From contig JANKJI020000004.1 of the NCBI GenBank assembly GCA_024626585.2, positions 41,610 through 73,364 of the forward strand: DNA of 31,755 nucleotides, given 5' to 3'. Source of the stretch: Ginkgo biloba (lineage: Eukaryota > Plantae > Ginkgophyta). Each line of letters starts with the position of its first letter. The stretch's first letter is position 1. A program made the position numbers and the translations under genes. Of the stretch, positions 1 to 13,850 are shown in pieces. The notes below the pieces were generated by a model. That model saw only the letters and a program-made list of their open reading frames with translations. It was not told the DNA's origin and searched no databases.

Positions 1-1828
1 CTGAGATACAAACTAGATTTAGTGTGTAATCTATATTGTTCCATGATAAGTTCAAATGGTTGGAGAATTCAACTCTCACCAAAGTTTGTATTGATTGACA
101 TTCTTTGCCCATAAGCATTCTCTTCACTTCTTTCCAAAAAGGGCAATGAGAGGACAAACATTGTATCATTATATACAAAGGTACATGCATTTATGACCTC
201 ATATTAAGCAAAGGTGCATCCATATNNNNNNNNNNNNNNNNNNNNNNNNNNGGATGCAAGTGGTAATGGATGTTGTGTAGGTATGTGTGTGCTCTATACT
301 CAAGGTGAGTGCTTAATGATGATCTTGCAATATGTAGTATTATATTAGATTGGCCGATGATGAGTCCAATAGGCAACTTCTTGTGAGTGGCATTTTCAAT
401 AAGGGATGTTGTAAAGAGAAGATGTTTGCCATTTCTATTGGTTAACTAAGATGATAACTGGAAATAAAGGGTAGTTGGTGGTGGTAATTCAAATGTTTAT
501 TCATCATAGGTATAATATTTTTTTTTGTCTATTATTCATAGAGGGCATTTGAAGGTGGATGGGGACATTGGCTACTCATATGGACACTGGGCCTAATGCT
601 TGTTAACAACTCCTACAGTTGAGCAATCATGACTTTCAATCCATTGTTACAACTTCAAATCTAAGGAGAGTAAGGAGAAAGGCAAATACGCAAGTAGTTC
701 TTTGGCCAAGAATATCTTTGAAACCAAATCTATATTGGAGGAACAATTGCAACGCTATTGTCAGTTCGCTTATATAGAAATAATATTATATTTTATTGAT
801 TATGTGAAACATGCTTTTTAATATGCAAAATATGTTATGCGCATGTAATGCTAATGTAGTCACTATTTTGGACAGAAATAATAGTTTTTTTACTATGCAT
901 TTTTATATTGGTTTTGAACTACATGTTAACACCTATCATAATGATTTGTTTCCGGATCCATACCATTTTTTTCTAATTTTTTAGGACAAAACTTTAGGTC
1001 AAATCTATTCAAGATCTGTACAATTTTAGTTGTTGGTCAAAGAGAAAAAATTGTAGCTTTGTCTGTTAGCTCCGAAACGAACTTGGGAGCTCAAAAAATA
1101 GAGTTACAGTTTGAAAGTTATGGTCAAAATAGTAATTACCTATTATTATGCATTGATTTATAAACCAACTATTTTCTTCGGTCATCTTATTTACTCTTCA
1201 ATTGTCTTCTTTACACACCACTTGTCTTACGAGCTAACTAAAGTGTAAAAATAGAAAAAATGGAAAAAAAATAATTTTTTCAGAAATGAAATAATAGAAT
1301 ACAACAAACATGGTGTTCTTGTCATTGCCACAATATGGCAATTGATTGCATTCAATTATATGAACAATTGAACTTCCTCTTAGAATTGGGTAACTGAATG
1401 GATGAGGGAAAATGGAAGGCGATCATGCAACAAATAAAAAACAATATAGAACAACAAATCCAAATAGAAAGAGTAGAAGGACAAGCAAAGAAAAAATTGA
1501 ACAAAGAGAGGAGATTATTTTTTCTTGTTGGCAAGAGCAAAAAATAAACTCTCTTTTTTAGAAAATGTATTCTGTAAAATTTCTTTGAGTTATTTAAAGA
1601 AATAAAATAGAACAATGGAGTTTTTTTAATCCCAAGAGATTTTTTCTTCACTTAAAAAAAAATCTTTCTGTCCCTTTGTTTGTGTTGCATTTTTTTGAAT
1701 GGTGCATTCATTTTTTTTCTTCGGTCCATGTTATATATGTTTGAAGGATAATGTTCGCCCTTCAAGTTTTATTTATATTTTTGTTTGTGCCATTGGAGAA
1801 TTTTGACTTCTCCATTGGAAAAACAAAT

Positions 1829-1845
1829 CAATTTGGTATCAGAGC
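1829..1845 (+). mobile_element. LTR 3' end (CA) followed by primer-binding site complementary to initiator tRNA-Met; LTR retrotransposon remnant
   Basis: ...AAATCA-ATT-TGGTATCAGAGC. CA at 1829-1830 and the canonical plant PBS 12-mer at 1834-1845. The LTR extends upstream by an undetermined length; the internal region is lost at the gap starting at 1853. Confidence 0.8.
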
Positions 1846-2084
1846 TCCAAGANNNNNNNNNNNNNNNNNNNNNNNNNNNNNNNNNNNNNNNNNNNNNNNN
1901 NNNNNNNNNNNNNNNNNNNNNNNNNNNNNNNNNNNNNNNNNNNNNNNNNNNNTTTGAAAAAATAAGAATTAGTTTTTATTACATTCTTAAAGTGTAGAAA
2001 TTTGATAAATGAGAAAATTATAAAATGGAATTTATTTTCAGGAAATTTCTAAATGTTTTTAAGGTAGGAATTTTTTCAACTAGG

Positions 2085-2410
2085 GAACCAAAATTTCTTA
2101 AGCCAAACATTTGATTGGACATAGGTTCAATTGTATGTATATTCAACCAAACATTTAAATGCGCATATATTCGATCAAACCTATGTTCAATATATAAAAG
2201 TGTTATATCAAACAAGGCCAAATAAATATTTGACTAAACTATTTATTTGGATAATATTTTGATCGATCAATTGTTTTGATTTTTTGGCTCTCAAATTCAA
2301 AATTGAAACATTCAATCAAGTAATTTATTCAATAGAATATATTTTTTGCCTAAAAAATATTTCAACCAAACTTTTTTCAAAGTCAAAATTTATAATCCTA
2401 TTTTGCCAAA
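2085..2410. repeat. AT-rich decayed element with recurrent quasi-palindromic ~9-mers and an inverted repeat (possible foldback/MITE-like relic)
   Basis: Repeated TCAACCAAA, TCGATCAAA, TTGATTGGA and TTGACTAAA motifs. Inverted pair TTGGACATAGGTT (2115-2127) and AACCTATGTTCAA (2178-2190), 12/13 complementary. Confidence 0.3.
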
Positions 2411-4129
2411 CGTGTGATATCATTATCAACACCATTAGAAGGTTTGCAATAAGTGGAGGTGTAACTTTCTCATTTTTAGAATTGGATAATGAACATGACA
2501 AAGAATAAGAGTGAGGAGGATTATATTTAAATAATTTAACTTCTACCTTGAAAGCATAACTATATGGTTTTTCTATATTGACATTAATAATAAGGTACAG
2601 TTCTTATTGATATGATGAAAATAATACACAAATGAATTTCAATGCCCAAACCATTATCACCTTCATATATAACTCAATACTAATTTTGTAGAACTTATTG
2701 ACGTAGTCTTATACTATATATCCTAGAATCTAATAAATATGGTGTAACCTCTTAGTGGGTTGCTTTATATAATCCATGGATAAAATTTACTTATCATAAG
2801 TTTCTTCATCTTGTCCATGAACAAATAGACAAGTTATGTATATGTGCCCTTCTCATACAAAGAGAAGCCTAGCATGATGTGCCATCCTAACTGAGAGGGG
2901 GATAGCAAATGGTTATATAGGAGTATAGCTCATTAAGGGGCTATGACCAAAGGGAAACCAATGAAGAGTTTTACTATCATGGGTCTTTCTCTTCCTAGCT
3001 TATATTTCTCTTATTACTTTATTAAGTTACGAGTCAATAAAGTATCTTTATTAATAGGCTAATTCTAGTCAGTGAATGTGCAAAGGCATATTACTATTAT
3101 TGATATGGATTTTAATAGACATTGCTTAAAGCATNNNNNNNNNNNNNNNNNNNNNNNNNNNNNNNNNNNNNNNNNNNNNNNNNNNNNNNNNNNNNNNNNN
3201 NAGGCTCCTCTCATAAAAGGACCTTGGGTTTCTTCTCATGCATAAATTTTTATGTTCTTTGTAATTTGCAAGTAGAATTGCGAGAGTTTGGTTATTTGTT
3301 CAAAGCTTATGAATGTTTATGTCTTTGATTTATCTTAGAATCTAATTTGATGGTGATAGATCTTATATTACAAATCTTATTGGATTCATAAAATACCACA
3401 TAGGATATCTTGTAGGGTGATTTGACAGTTTCATATGACAGGTATAAATTATTTTTGGGCTTCGTGTAGAGGGCACACAATTTTAAGATTAGAAATCATA
3501 TTCACAGGTGAGTTGCAAAGCGTATTGTGAGAGTGCATCGTACATGCATGATATCTCATAAGCACACTTTAAGCACACATATTTTTACGATATTGACTGA
3601 TATCACACATGTTTACATGTTATTAAAGGAATTTGAGAAACATAGAGCTATACTAATCGTATAGTTTGACTAAAGAGTTTTATTCCAGAGTATAGAGAGT
3701 ACAGAGGTTCAAGAAAGAATATTACCCCCTTGGATTTTCAATCATGCTTTCACACACTTGTGAAAATCCTCCAACTACCAAGCGGATACATCATTCTCTC
3801 TTATTTTCTTTGTTTCTTTTTCCCACAAAGTGGGATACTTTATACATAAATAGGGCTATTAGAATAAAATGTCTTCTCAAGAATAATTTTGATGTGTAAA
3901 TTCTATATTTCTCTTATTAGAAGAATCTATAAAGTTCTTTATGGCAATTTTAAAATTTAGCCTTGAAAGCAACTCTAATAACCTATTTATGTTTTCAATT
4001 CCTTAGGGAAACATGTAGAGCAAATTTACATAGCTCCAACTTTATGCATGGGGCAAATTTGGTTTGTATCTTAGCATGTACATTTAATTAGATTTTAAAT
4101 AAAATTATCAGTCTTTACATATGACCCCC

Positions 4130-4343
4130 ATCCATGAAGGTGTTTCACCTCCATTTTAAATTCACTTTCACTACACACCAAATGGGTTCTAGATCATCCA
4201 TGTCTTAGAATGATTATTTAATACCTTTTGCAAAAAGAGAGTTACAGATCCCTCTTTATTTACTATAACTCTAAGAGGTCTTTTGTTTATATTTAAGATG
4301 ATGTAATAAATAATAAAGGCACTTAGCTTGTAGGCATTAGCCA
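4130..4343 (-). mobile_element. Degenerate Ty3/gypsy integrase fragment
   Basis: Minus translation ...NKEGSVTLFLQKVLNNHSKTWMI*NPF...GETPS resembles the integrase core C-terminus (NKxLxxILxKxVxxxxKxWDxxLP...TGxTPF). Multiple stops. Confidence 0.4.
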
Positions 4344-6479
4344 NNNNNNNNNNNNNNNNNNNNNNNNNNNNNNNNNNNNNNNNNNNNNNNNNNNNNNNNN
4401 NNNNNNNNNNNNNNNNNNNNNNNNNNNNNNNNNNNNNNNNNNNTGTAGGCATTAGCCATAGTGAGAGGAAGAGTTTATTCTTTCTCCTTGATAAATATTA
4501 TTGCTTTCACTTTGTACTTAATTTGTACGATATAAAAAGTAAGTGGAAAATAAATTGTTAGAAAGGTAGACCAAAAAAAAAAAGTTCATTATCTTCTACC
4601 ATGATGCAATTTTGCATTTTCATGTAGAATGATATGAAGTAGTTCCATAAANNNNNNNNNNNNNNNNNNNNNNNNNNNNNNNNNNNNNNNNNNNNNNNNN
4701 NNNNNNNNNNNNNNNNNNNNNNNNNNNNNNNNNNNNNNNNNNNNNNNNNNNNNNTTGTATCCTTAGACTTACCATATATTCTCAACCAATTTCTTTATAT
4801 ATTTTCTTATTATGTAGTATGAAGTAAATTTTCTTATTATACAATATGAAGTTAAAATGGGGAACACATTTTTATATGCATGATTAGTTACTATCCATTA
4901 CTTGTATAGGTCAAGCTACTTATTTAGTCCTTTTAATAAAATATCTACTTATATGAAATCCTTATCCAATAATATTTTTATGTACTTCATCTCGTGTTTT
5001 GAAAAATTTAGAGGCAAATCATATGCATATGGCTTAAAAACAAATTTCTCTTTGACCATCCTTTTCTTATGGTATGGATACTTACACCACTCAAATATGT
5101 AAGAACATCTTTACTTTTGTATAAATTAGTGATTTTACATGTAATTGTGTATAACTTTAGTTCCCTTCACATCATTGCTATAATTGTTGCCCATGTGCAT
5201 GCATTTTCCATTCATATTATTATGATCTTATCTTCTTCTACATACGGATATTTAATGCATCATTTATCATATCTCAAATACCCTAGTGAGAGGAATTCAA
5301 ACGCAAATAACACCATATCAAATCCATTCTTGTCTCTCCATAGCATAGTTGACACATAGCTTTAGGGTTTATGAAGATTTGACTCGCAAGTGCCCTATTG
5401 TTTAATTTTGCCAACATTGACATGAACGGATACCATGACATGAGCCTTAAAAGTATAAAATTCGTTGACGCTTAGAATAAAGCCAATAGTNNNNNNNNNN
5501 NNNNNNNNNNNNNNNNNNNNNNNNNNNNNNNNNNNNNNNNNNNNNNNNNNNNNNNNNNNNNNNNNNNNNNNNNNNNNNNNNNNNNNNNNNNNNNNNNNNN
5601 NNNNNNNNNNNNNNNNNNNNNNNNNNNNNNNNNNNNNNNNNNNNNNNNNNNNNNNNNNNNNNNNNNNNNNNNNNNNNNNNNNNNNNNNNNNNNNNNNNNN
5701 NNNNNNNNNNNNNNNNNNNNNNNNNNNNNNNNNNNNNNNNNNNNNNNNNNNNNNNNNNNNNNNNNNNNNNNNNNNNNNNNNNNNNNNNNNNNNNNNNNNN
5801 NNNNNNNNNNNNNNNNNNNNNNNNNNNNNNNNNNNNNNNNNNNNNNNNNNNNNNNNNNNNNNNNNNNNNNNNNNNNNNNNNNNNNNNNNNNNNNNNNNNN
5901 NNNNNNNNNNNNNNNNNNNNNNNNNNNNNNNNNNNNNNNNNNNNNNNNNNNNNNNNNNNNNNNNNNNNNNNNNNNNNNNNNNNNNNNNNNNNNNNNNNNN
6001 NNNNNNNNNNNNNNNNNNNNNNNNNNNNNNNNNNNNNNNNNNNNNNNNNNNNNNNNNNNNNNNNNNNNNNNNNNNNNNNNNNNNNNNNNNNNNNNNNNNN
6101 NNNNNNNNNNNNNNNNNNNNNNNNNNNNNNNNNNNNNNNNNNNNNNNNNNNNNNNNNNNNNNNNNNNNNNNNNNNNNNNNNNNNNNNNNNNNNNNNNNNN
6201 NNNNNNNNNNNNNNNNNNNNNNNNNNNNNNNNNNNNNNNNNNNNNNNNNNNNNNNNNNNNNNNNNNNNNNNNNNNNNNNNNNNNNNNNNNNNNNNNNNNN
6301 NNNNNNNNNNNNNNNNNNNNNNNNNNNNNNNNNNNNNNNNNNNNNNAATTTTATGACTACAATACAGCTTTAGGTCAGTTTATTGCTATTATAAGAGGAA
6401 GGGGAACAGCTATTATATTTTCTGTATTTTATCTTTCTATTTTTATATTGTACTTTTTAACATTTCATTAACAATAGAT

Positions 6480-8045
6480 AACGAATCCGAAAGGTAGTGA
6501 TTCTGGATATGTGCGTTGTCCTGCTTGCTTTTTAGCTGTATGAATTCAAGGCTGGCGAAATGCGCGCGTGCAGAAGGTAGCCGACCACTATGGAGCATCA
6601 TGTATCCTCAAAGAAAAAGAAGTGGGTGTGCTCTCCACTAACTCATTTTTTTTGCTGTGTGCTTATTCGCCGATTCCATCTACCCAAATTGTGTGTATAC
6701 GGCATCCATCCATCCATCATATGAAATGAAATGAAATTATCTAACGTCACTCACAAAATTTGGTCTACATACAACAATCGTGTGCCCTCCACTTTCTCTT
6801 AAACTATTCCGTTCTGCCTGTCTTCCTTGGTACAGCTGACATTACTGCCCATTGCTGCAGATGAGGTTCAGACTGGTTTGTTCAGAGACTTTAACTTCTT
6901 TTCAAATTCCGTCCGTTCCACATGCCTTGGCACAAACCATAATCATCTATCTAAGCACACCTTGCCGCACACATTCATTATTCAGGCAGACGCACTCACA
7001 ATTCTTCTTTTTAATTTGAAAATAGGGTTTCTTCCACCTTTTGTATAACTGGAAATCAAAATCATGAGTTCGCACCCGAGTCAATAACTTTGACTCCGCT
7101 CAACTGGCCACGTACACTTTTTTGAAGTTTTTAGGTCTTGTTTAAGATTCTCCTGCTGCCCTATTCCCATTCCCATTCCGTGAAAAGCTGAAATTAATGT
7201 AAAGAAAAGCTAATGCCAATGCGGGGTGTTTATAGCATAAGATGAGATTCGTCTTCCGAATTGCCAGCATGGTTTCCTCGAAACTTCCAATATAAAAAAA
7301 ATGGTTCTAATACATTTTTTCAATCATGCTTGATCTCCTTTCACATTGTAAATTAGTTTTGTATTGTTGTCAAGAATTGTTTTTTTCCAAATTAGTTATA
7401 AACGTATAGAGTTCAAATGATGATCCATATTTTAAAAGGGTCAATCGGTGAGGGCAGAAAAATAACCACGAACCCAAAGCTGTCTCTCTACGCAAAAATT
7501 TTATTACACTTAAAATCGTTTGATTATACCGCTTATCTATTATGGTCAGAAACCCTAACTCCAAATAAAATAGGAAGAGTTTTCTTCGAATTATTTTCAG
7601 TCATTTCTTTGAAATTACAAGAACAACTGTACGAGTTTTCCCACTAGTATCAGAAAATATAGTATATGAATAATAACCGATAAGGGATTTCTAACGTGAA
7701 CACTACCCATAACTCTTAATCAGTCGTAAGAGATCAAATTTGAAGGCCAGGGTGTGAATGACTCTTTGTATTAAGATTTGTTAAATGCAATACGGGGACA
7801 ATTCTTTCCTTCAAACTATTACAAGAATCCAATTAGGAATTTATAAAATTTAGATTATCGAGAGTACGGCGACAATCTTGGACAGAAAATTATGTTATTC
7901 TTTTTTAATTCGGAGGATAGAATATATGCAGCCAATTTATAATGCAGAGAAAACGGTCTTAGGTCTTCCCATTTGGGAGGGTGTTTTCCAAGCCATTATC
8001 CGTAAAAACCTTCCAGGTTGATGGCTAGAAAATATGTATCGCTTA
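6480..8045. promoter_or_regulatory. CpG-retaining non-coding island, candidate cis-regulatory region
   Basis: Frequent CG dinucleotides versus near-absence in most flanking TE debris. CGCG box TGCGCGCGTG (6561-6570), inverted W-box pair GAGTCAA-N5-TTGACTC (7078-7096), ABRE-like GCCACGTA (7107-7114). No credible ORF. Confidence 0.4.
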
Positions 8046-8396
8046 TTGTGGTTTCTATGTTTGTTTTGAGGGACACTTTGCACATATAGATATATTGGAA
8101 CAAAGTCAATAAAATGAATTAAGTTGTTTTAAACTAAATTAAAATTAATTAATGCTTAGTTTCACATTGAAACTCAAGTAACTTAAAGGAAAGTGTTTTG
8201 CACACTTCTATTGAGTGAGGGATGTTGAAAATGGGAGAGATCAATAAATTAGAACCAGTTTTAGTGTGAACTCCATACCTTGTGCTATCATTGCCATTGA
8301 GATAGAAGTCAAGCTCCATGAATTTCTTGGCACCACATCATTTCCTCTTAAATTTTTTGATGAAGGCAATGCAAACATGCTTAATATTATTCAAAG

Positions 8397-8462
8397 GTTA
8401 TTTACATAAGGAACAACTAATGATAGCCAGTTATTTACATAACGAACAACTCATGATAGCCA
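8397..8462 (+). repeat. 33-bp tandem duplication (2 copies, 2 mismatches)
   Basis: GTTATTTACATAAGGAACAACTAATGATAGCCA followed by GTTATTTACATAACGAACAACTCATGATAGCCA. Confidence 0.9.
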
Positions 8463-11400
8463 TACTTAGAAGAAAATGATCAAAGATCTCACGTCAAACA
8501 TGACATTTCATGAGGCTTATGATAAAAAATCTTAAAACATTGAATCCAAAATTTTATGACATTTTGTCCAAAACAAAGTTCGTTTGATGACTCTTATTGT
8601 CCTTTTCTATACACCAAAAATTAGTTTCTTTTGGATTCTTTAGCTCCTCAGCTTTGAGCTCTTGGTCGTCCATGTGACCTTTTGTTAGCTGCTTTAATAA
8701 AATTCTTTAGAAAAAAATACTTCAAAGTTTTGAAACCTTGACCCCTTATTTGGAAACCAATTGACTAACCAATTAAGCTAATATTCACTTTGAGACATAA
8801 ATTAACATAAAATNNNNNNNNNNNNNNNNNNNNNNNNNNNNNNNNNNNNNNNNNNNNNNNNNNNNNNNNNNNNNNNNNNNNNNNNNNNNNNNNNNNNNNN
8901 NNNNNNNNNNNNNAAGCCTTTGATATCACCACCACTACTCTAAATTGATCCAAAGTTGAGATAAAACCAAAGAAACACATATAATGAGGAAAAAGCACAA
9001 GTAAAATATAATTCCTAAAGCCAGTCCTATAGATTATAGATGGTAGAATCAAGAGGACAGTAAGCTAGAATCTCTACAATATGGAAAATGCTAACTCAAG
9101 ACAACAATATAGAATCCAATACAATAGTATTATCTCTCAAGGAAAAAATTAGTACCATAATAGTACATTCAATATCTTCAAAGAAAATTAAGTAGCATAA
9201 TAATACACTCCAAAATTATTCCCCCCAAAAACTTTAAATCTCCTTGTATTCATAGAGAAATTCAAAGAGTTAGAAGATTCTGTTTAGATTTGTNNNNNNN
9301 NNNNNNNNNNNNNNNNNNNNNNNNNNNNNNNNNNNNNNNNNNNNNNNNNNNNNNNNNNNNNNAAATGGGCATGTAAGTGGTTAGGATAAGTCTTCATCAC
9401 ATAAAAAATATATTCTTGAACAAACATATAAGTATCATATTTCTATGCACCTATGTAGATCAATACAATGAAACTATGCACTCAATAATGAATATTGTAT
9501 CAATGCACACTAATGGAGCATACATTGACATAGTATTGAGATGAAGGCACACACAAAAATGGTATTGATATTTTTAATAAATATATAAAAAATATGACTT
9601 AGATCAGGTGATGATGATATTCTCAAAGTTTTAAGACCTATAAACAAGGAAATAACTTATTTTTATTAATAAAATATTCTTGTACAATTATAAGGGTGCG
9701 TTGCATCAAGCACTATACTCAAATTTTTAGGAGTCATATATGATATCCTCATAAATCAATATACTAATTTGTAAAATATTGATTATAAACATCAAAGAAG
9801 ACTTAATATCAAATTCAAATTATATGTTGGGAGTTAATATAGGTTTCCCTTATATACTCAAAATGGGGTTCCTTAGCCTTAATTATAACCTACCTTATGG
9901 AAACCCTTTGCAAACATAATCTACNNNNNNNNNNNNNNNNNNNNNNNNNNNNNNNNNNNNNNNNNNNNNNNNNNNNNNNNNNNNNNNNNNNNNNNNNNNN
10001 NNNNNNNNNNNNNNNNNNNNNNNNACAAGAATCCGTAGTTATTTCCATTGGGAGATTTTGCCTCGCCCACTGAGATACATATCAATACATCCATCTATAA
10101 ACTAATTAGATAAAATTTTGAATTCCATTGAAGTAAACTGTATAGATTAATAATAACCTCATTAATCCTTAAGTCTTTTTCCTATCAATTTAACGATAAT
10201 AGTGTTGAATGAAAATAATGTCGTCGAATCATAGAGTGGAACGTCGATTTGGACACTTTGGTCAAAAGTTAAAAATATATATATCAATATCAATAAATAG
10301 GATGATATGAATTCTTATCATTCTTATCTACGTTTTAATCTAACATTTTTTATTTGTGTTTTGATCTATGCGAGTCTAGAGAGATGTAGTGGCCATTCCT
10401 ATGGGAGTCGCCTATTAGATGTACAACAATAGAAATCGACGCCTCCATTGTTGATACCTCCAACCATTAGAATCAACTTGACCAAACATATTACTTAATT
10501 TATACTTATAATGATACGTATATTTAATAATTAATTTACTATATATGATTGCTACTGTCTCCACTCATCTATTTATCTATCTATCTATATAATATTATGG
10601 CATCCCTTTTATTTGGTTGCGTCAGTGCCATTAGGTGGATAAATAATAGTAGGTTGGAGATCAATTGATGATAACATATTTCAAGGATTTAACACTAACA
10701 CATTGGCTTAGGCGATGGGCATAAGAAAAAATAATGCCAGATGCATTCAAGCGAATTAGAAGATAAGACTCATTATTAAGGTTGAATTAGGTCTTGAGTA
10801 GAATACCCAACCCTTCTTTCGATGATTATAAGAGGGAGAGGGATAGAAATAATATTGAATAATTCTACTAATTTATATATATGAGACATAATGCTAACAA
10901 TTTTGAGGATGACGATGTGTATGTCAGAAATGGAGGACGGTTCTTGAGATTATTGAGATTGAACCGATTAAAATTTTCTACACTCTAATTCTTAAGGTTA
11001 GGCATCAAGAGGGGCATTATACAACTCATATTTTATATATGTAATTGATAAGTAGAAAGGAATCAGGCTATAAACCTAAGAGGTAGAAGTGATGATATCA
11101 TAGTTTATTCTATAGACTAGCATCTACAAAGGTTATGTGAGTTCTTAATGCACGCTATTAGTTGGAATTTTATCAAACAAATTTGGAAGTATATATATAA
11201 ACAACACTTCAATTAAAAAATATACTTTGAGGCATGATGTATGTGGAGAACCTCGCTACTAATATCCAATGATGAACACAATACCACAACTCAAGAACTC
11301 AGATTTGTAAATATGAAAGTAAGAACTCATAATAGATTAATCAACCACTTCAAGTGTAGAACCTCCCAAGTACAAAAGTACTATGTTAACAATAAGCATG

Positions 11401-11520
11401 ACTTNNNNNNNNNNNNNNNNNNNNNNNNNNNNNNNNNNNNNNNNNNNNNNNNNNNNNNNNNNNNNNNNNNNNNGTAGGTGGAAAGGAGAGGGAAGAATGC
11501 GATGCGAATAGACTAAGGGT

Positions 11521-11548
11521 TGAGGTTCATAACATGCCCCTCCCTTTT
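11521..11548 (-). mobile_element. Polypurine tract followed by LTR start (TG) of a minus-strand LTR retrotransposon
   Basis: Minus strand reads AAAAGGGAGGGG-CA-TGTTATGAACC; the LTR would run leftwards from 11534. Confidence 0.55.
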
Positions 11549-12759
11549 AAAAATATTTTCCCTAAAAGCTTTACAAAATTTGGATACTACTGAAATATTT
11601 CTTCTCCTTTCCCTATCGCATCTTTGAGTGGTATTCGTTGACATTTGATGATATACTCTATGATAGTCTTCTGACAAAGGTGTCTGGTGCACCTTTTTAG
11701 TNNNNNNNNNNNNNNNNNNNNNNNNNNNNNNNNNNNNNNNNNNNNNNNNNNNNNNNNNNNNNNNNNNNNNNNNNNNNNNNNNNNNNNNNNNNNNNNNNNN
11801 NAAATGTGACTTGATAAGGTAGTGTTCAACAAGAAGGATGCAAAAAATCACCCTTAGGTAGAAGACACTTTCTCTACATGGAAGAAGGGAGCAGAAAATT
11901 GAGGAATGACAACGAGGAATTACTTCCTTTGACCTCCTTTTATAGTTGTAGGTGTTGTTGGGCCAACTTCTAAGGTCGACTGACATTAAAAATGTATTTT
12001 GTGCCTTAGCACCTTAAAGGAAATCTAGGGTTAAGAGAAGGGGTGCTTAGCCTAAGGTAGGCTCAACGCCTTTTTGAGTTACTTGAGTGTCTTTAAAGGG
12101 GCCCACAAGCTAGGTCGGCTAGAAGCTTAAGGGTTAACATGCAGATTTCTAAACTATGGTCTTTCTTTGAGTTGTTCTTTGCAAATAAAGGTTGCATGCC
12201 TCTACAAGGCTTATTTAAAGCGCGTAAGGGCTTATCTTCACCAGTTGCCCTGACAGAAAACTCTTTAAATCCCTGTGCCTACCTTTCACCAAGTTTGACT
12301 AGGGTTGACCAACCTTTGACTNNNNNNNNNNNNNNNNNNNNNNNNNNNNNNNNNNNNNNNNNNNNNNNNNNNNNNNNNNNNNNNNNNNNNNNNNNNGTAA
12401 GCTAGGATTAACGCTACGAACGCCCATTTTGAGTATATAAGGGAACTCAAGCCTCATTCGCAACTTTGTGGCTGAAGTCAGATGACATGGAAGTTCACCA
12501 CATGGCAAAGGAGATGATGTGGTAGTTGAGTTGTCATGTTGGTGGCTCGGAAGCACCTTGTTGCGTCATCTGGGCAGTTTCTCCCTTCATCAGAGCCCTT
12601 TATCAATTTTTCCCTTTGTCAATTTTCAGAGCCATTGTATTCTTCCAATTTGCCCTATTGCTACAGGACCATCTACACTATTGATTTGTTGGGTTCAATC
12701 TTAGTTGTTGATTAGAGCCCATTGTTATGTCAAAGCCTATTGTCACTTTCAGAGTCTTT

Positions 12760-13850
12760 TGTAATTTTGACAATAACATTTGATTTTACAACATGCTCTG
12801 CCAAAGCTTTAGCTTAAACTTTTTGCTAAATTTGGATGAATTCCAAACCCTATTATACAAAGACTCTTTATTAAACAAGCTCTCTAACTTAATTTGCATC
12901 ATGGTGATAAACAAATCGCCTCAAGTTTCATTTCCTTTCATAGTTATTAGAACTCATTACAATTGTATGTGGATTTGGCAAGTTCCTCCAACATACTTTT
13001 TGCTTAGTGAAAAACATAGGACTTCAACATTTTAAACTGCAAATAGAACACATAGTCACCAATTCTGTGGCTTTTATTAAGGTTATTGGACTCTTGCCAC
13101 TATGAAATCGATGTTGACAATCACCCTGCTGCTTTAGATCCTACCAGAATCAACACAAGACTTCACAATTTTATCAATTTCTTCATCAACCAAACCCGCA
13201 TCCAACTCAACAAACTTGAATTTTTTGTACGCGAATCCATGGAAGGTGATGCATTTGCCGCCTCATTCTTTGAAACCAACCCTACTCCCCCCTCCCCTTA
13301 AAATCCATGCTCCTTCTCCAAATCCACCAAAAAAATTGGTGAAAGAAAGCAATTTGGGTAAAGCAGTCTAGTCTTAGAAAAAAAAAAAAAAAATTGTTAA
13401 ATCAGTTCGCTATGTTTCTCGAAATGGCCCCAAACTACCATTCTTGCCACCATCAATTCCTCTGCCATTAATGCGCAATGTGACAAGGCCACCAAAGGGT
13501 CTCCACCATAGATCAAACCATTTCAATTCAAAGTTTGTTTTGCAAAGGACCAAAGTCCAAACATGACACCCCTATTACTCTAGGTCTTCATTCAAGCAAG
13601 AGAGAAAGACGCCAAGATGCCTACTTCATTGAAGCCCAAGATCTTGAAGCCTTCTCTCCACACTGATCTTTNNNNNNNNNNNNNNNNNNNACAAAGGGTT
13701 GTAGAATAACTCCTCTCTCTAGGAAAAACAATTCTCTCCAACAGAGGATTGGTTGTAGAATGAAGCCTTTCAAAAAATGGGCCTAGATTCCATGCCCCCA
13801 ACCAACATTGATTTTGTTTTAATTTAGCTATGTATATCTTGTGCACACAA
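12760..13850 (-). mobile_element. Possible highly decayed LINE remnant
   Basis: Weak motif resemblances on minus: GPFFERLHSTTNPLLE and VWREGFKILG (LINE ORF1/DUF4283-like), and VWNSSKFSKKFKLKLWQSML*NQMLLSKLQK (zf-RVT-like). Spacing is too short for an intact LINE. Confidence 0.25.

Noticed and set aside
560-620. Gag CCHC zinc-knuckle-like CRSC...HMSSQC on the minus strand
   Set aside because: Wrong spacing, with a stop and frameshift; too weak to call.
5465-6373. 302-aa ORF (likewise the ORFs over 19941-20672 and other X-rich ORFs)
   Set aside because: Artefacts of translating through N gaps.
6778-6792. 13/15 inverted match to 14428-14442, hinting that the two CpG islands are ancient inverted duplicates
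   Set aside because: A few matches of this quality are expected by chance between kb-sized regions, and the flanks do not align convincingly.
11534-11595. Possible TRIM (PBS-like sequence ~40 bp from the PPT)
   Set aside because: The PBS match is poor, and the sequences on either side do not form matching LTRs.
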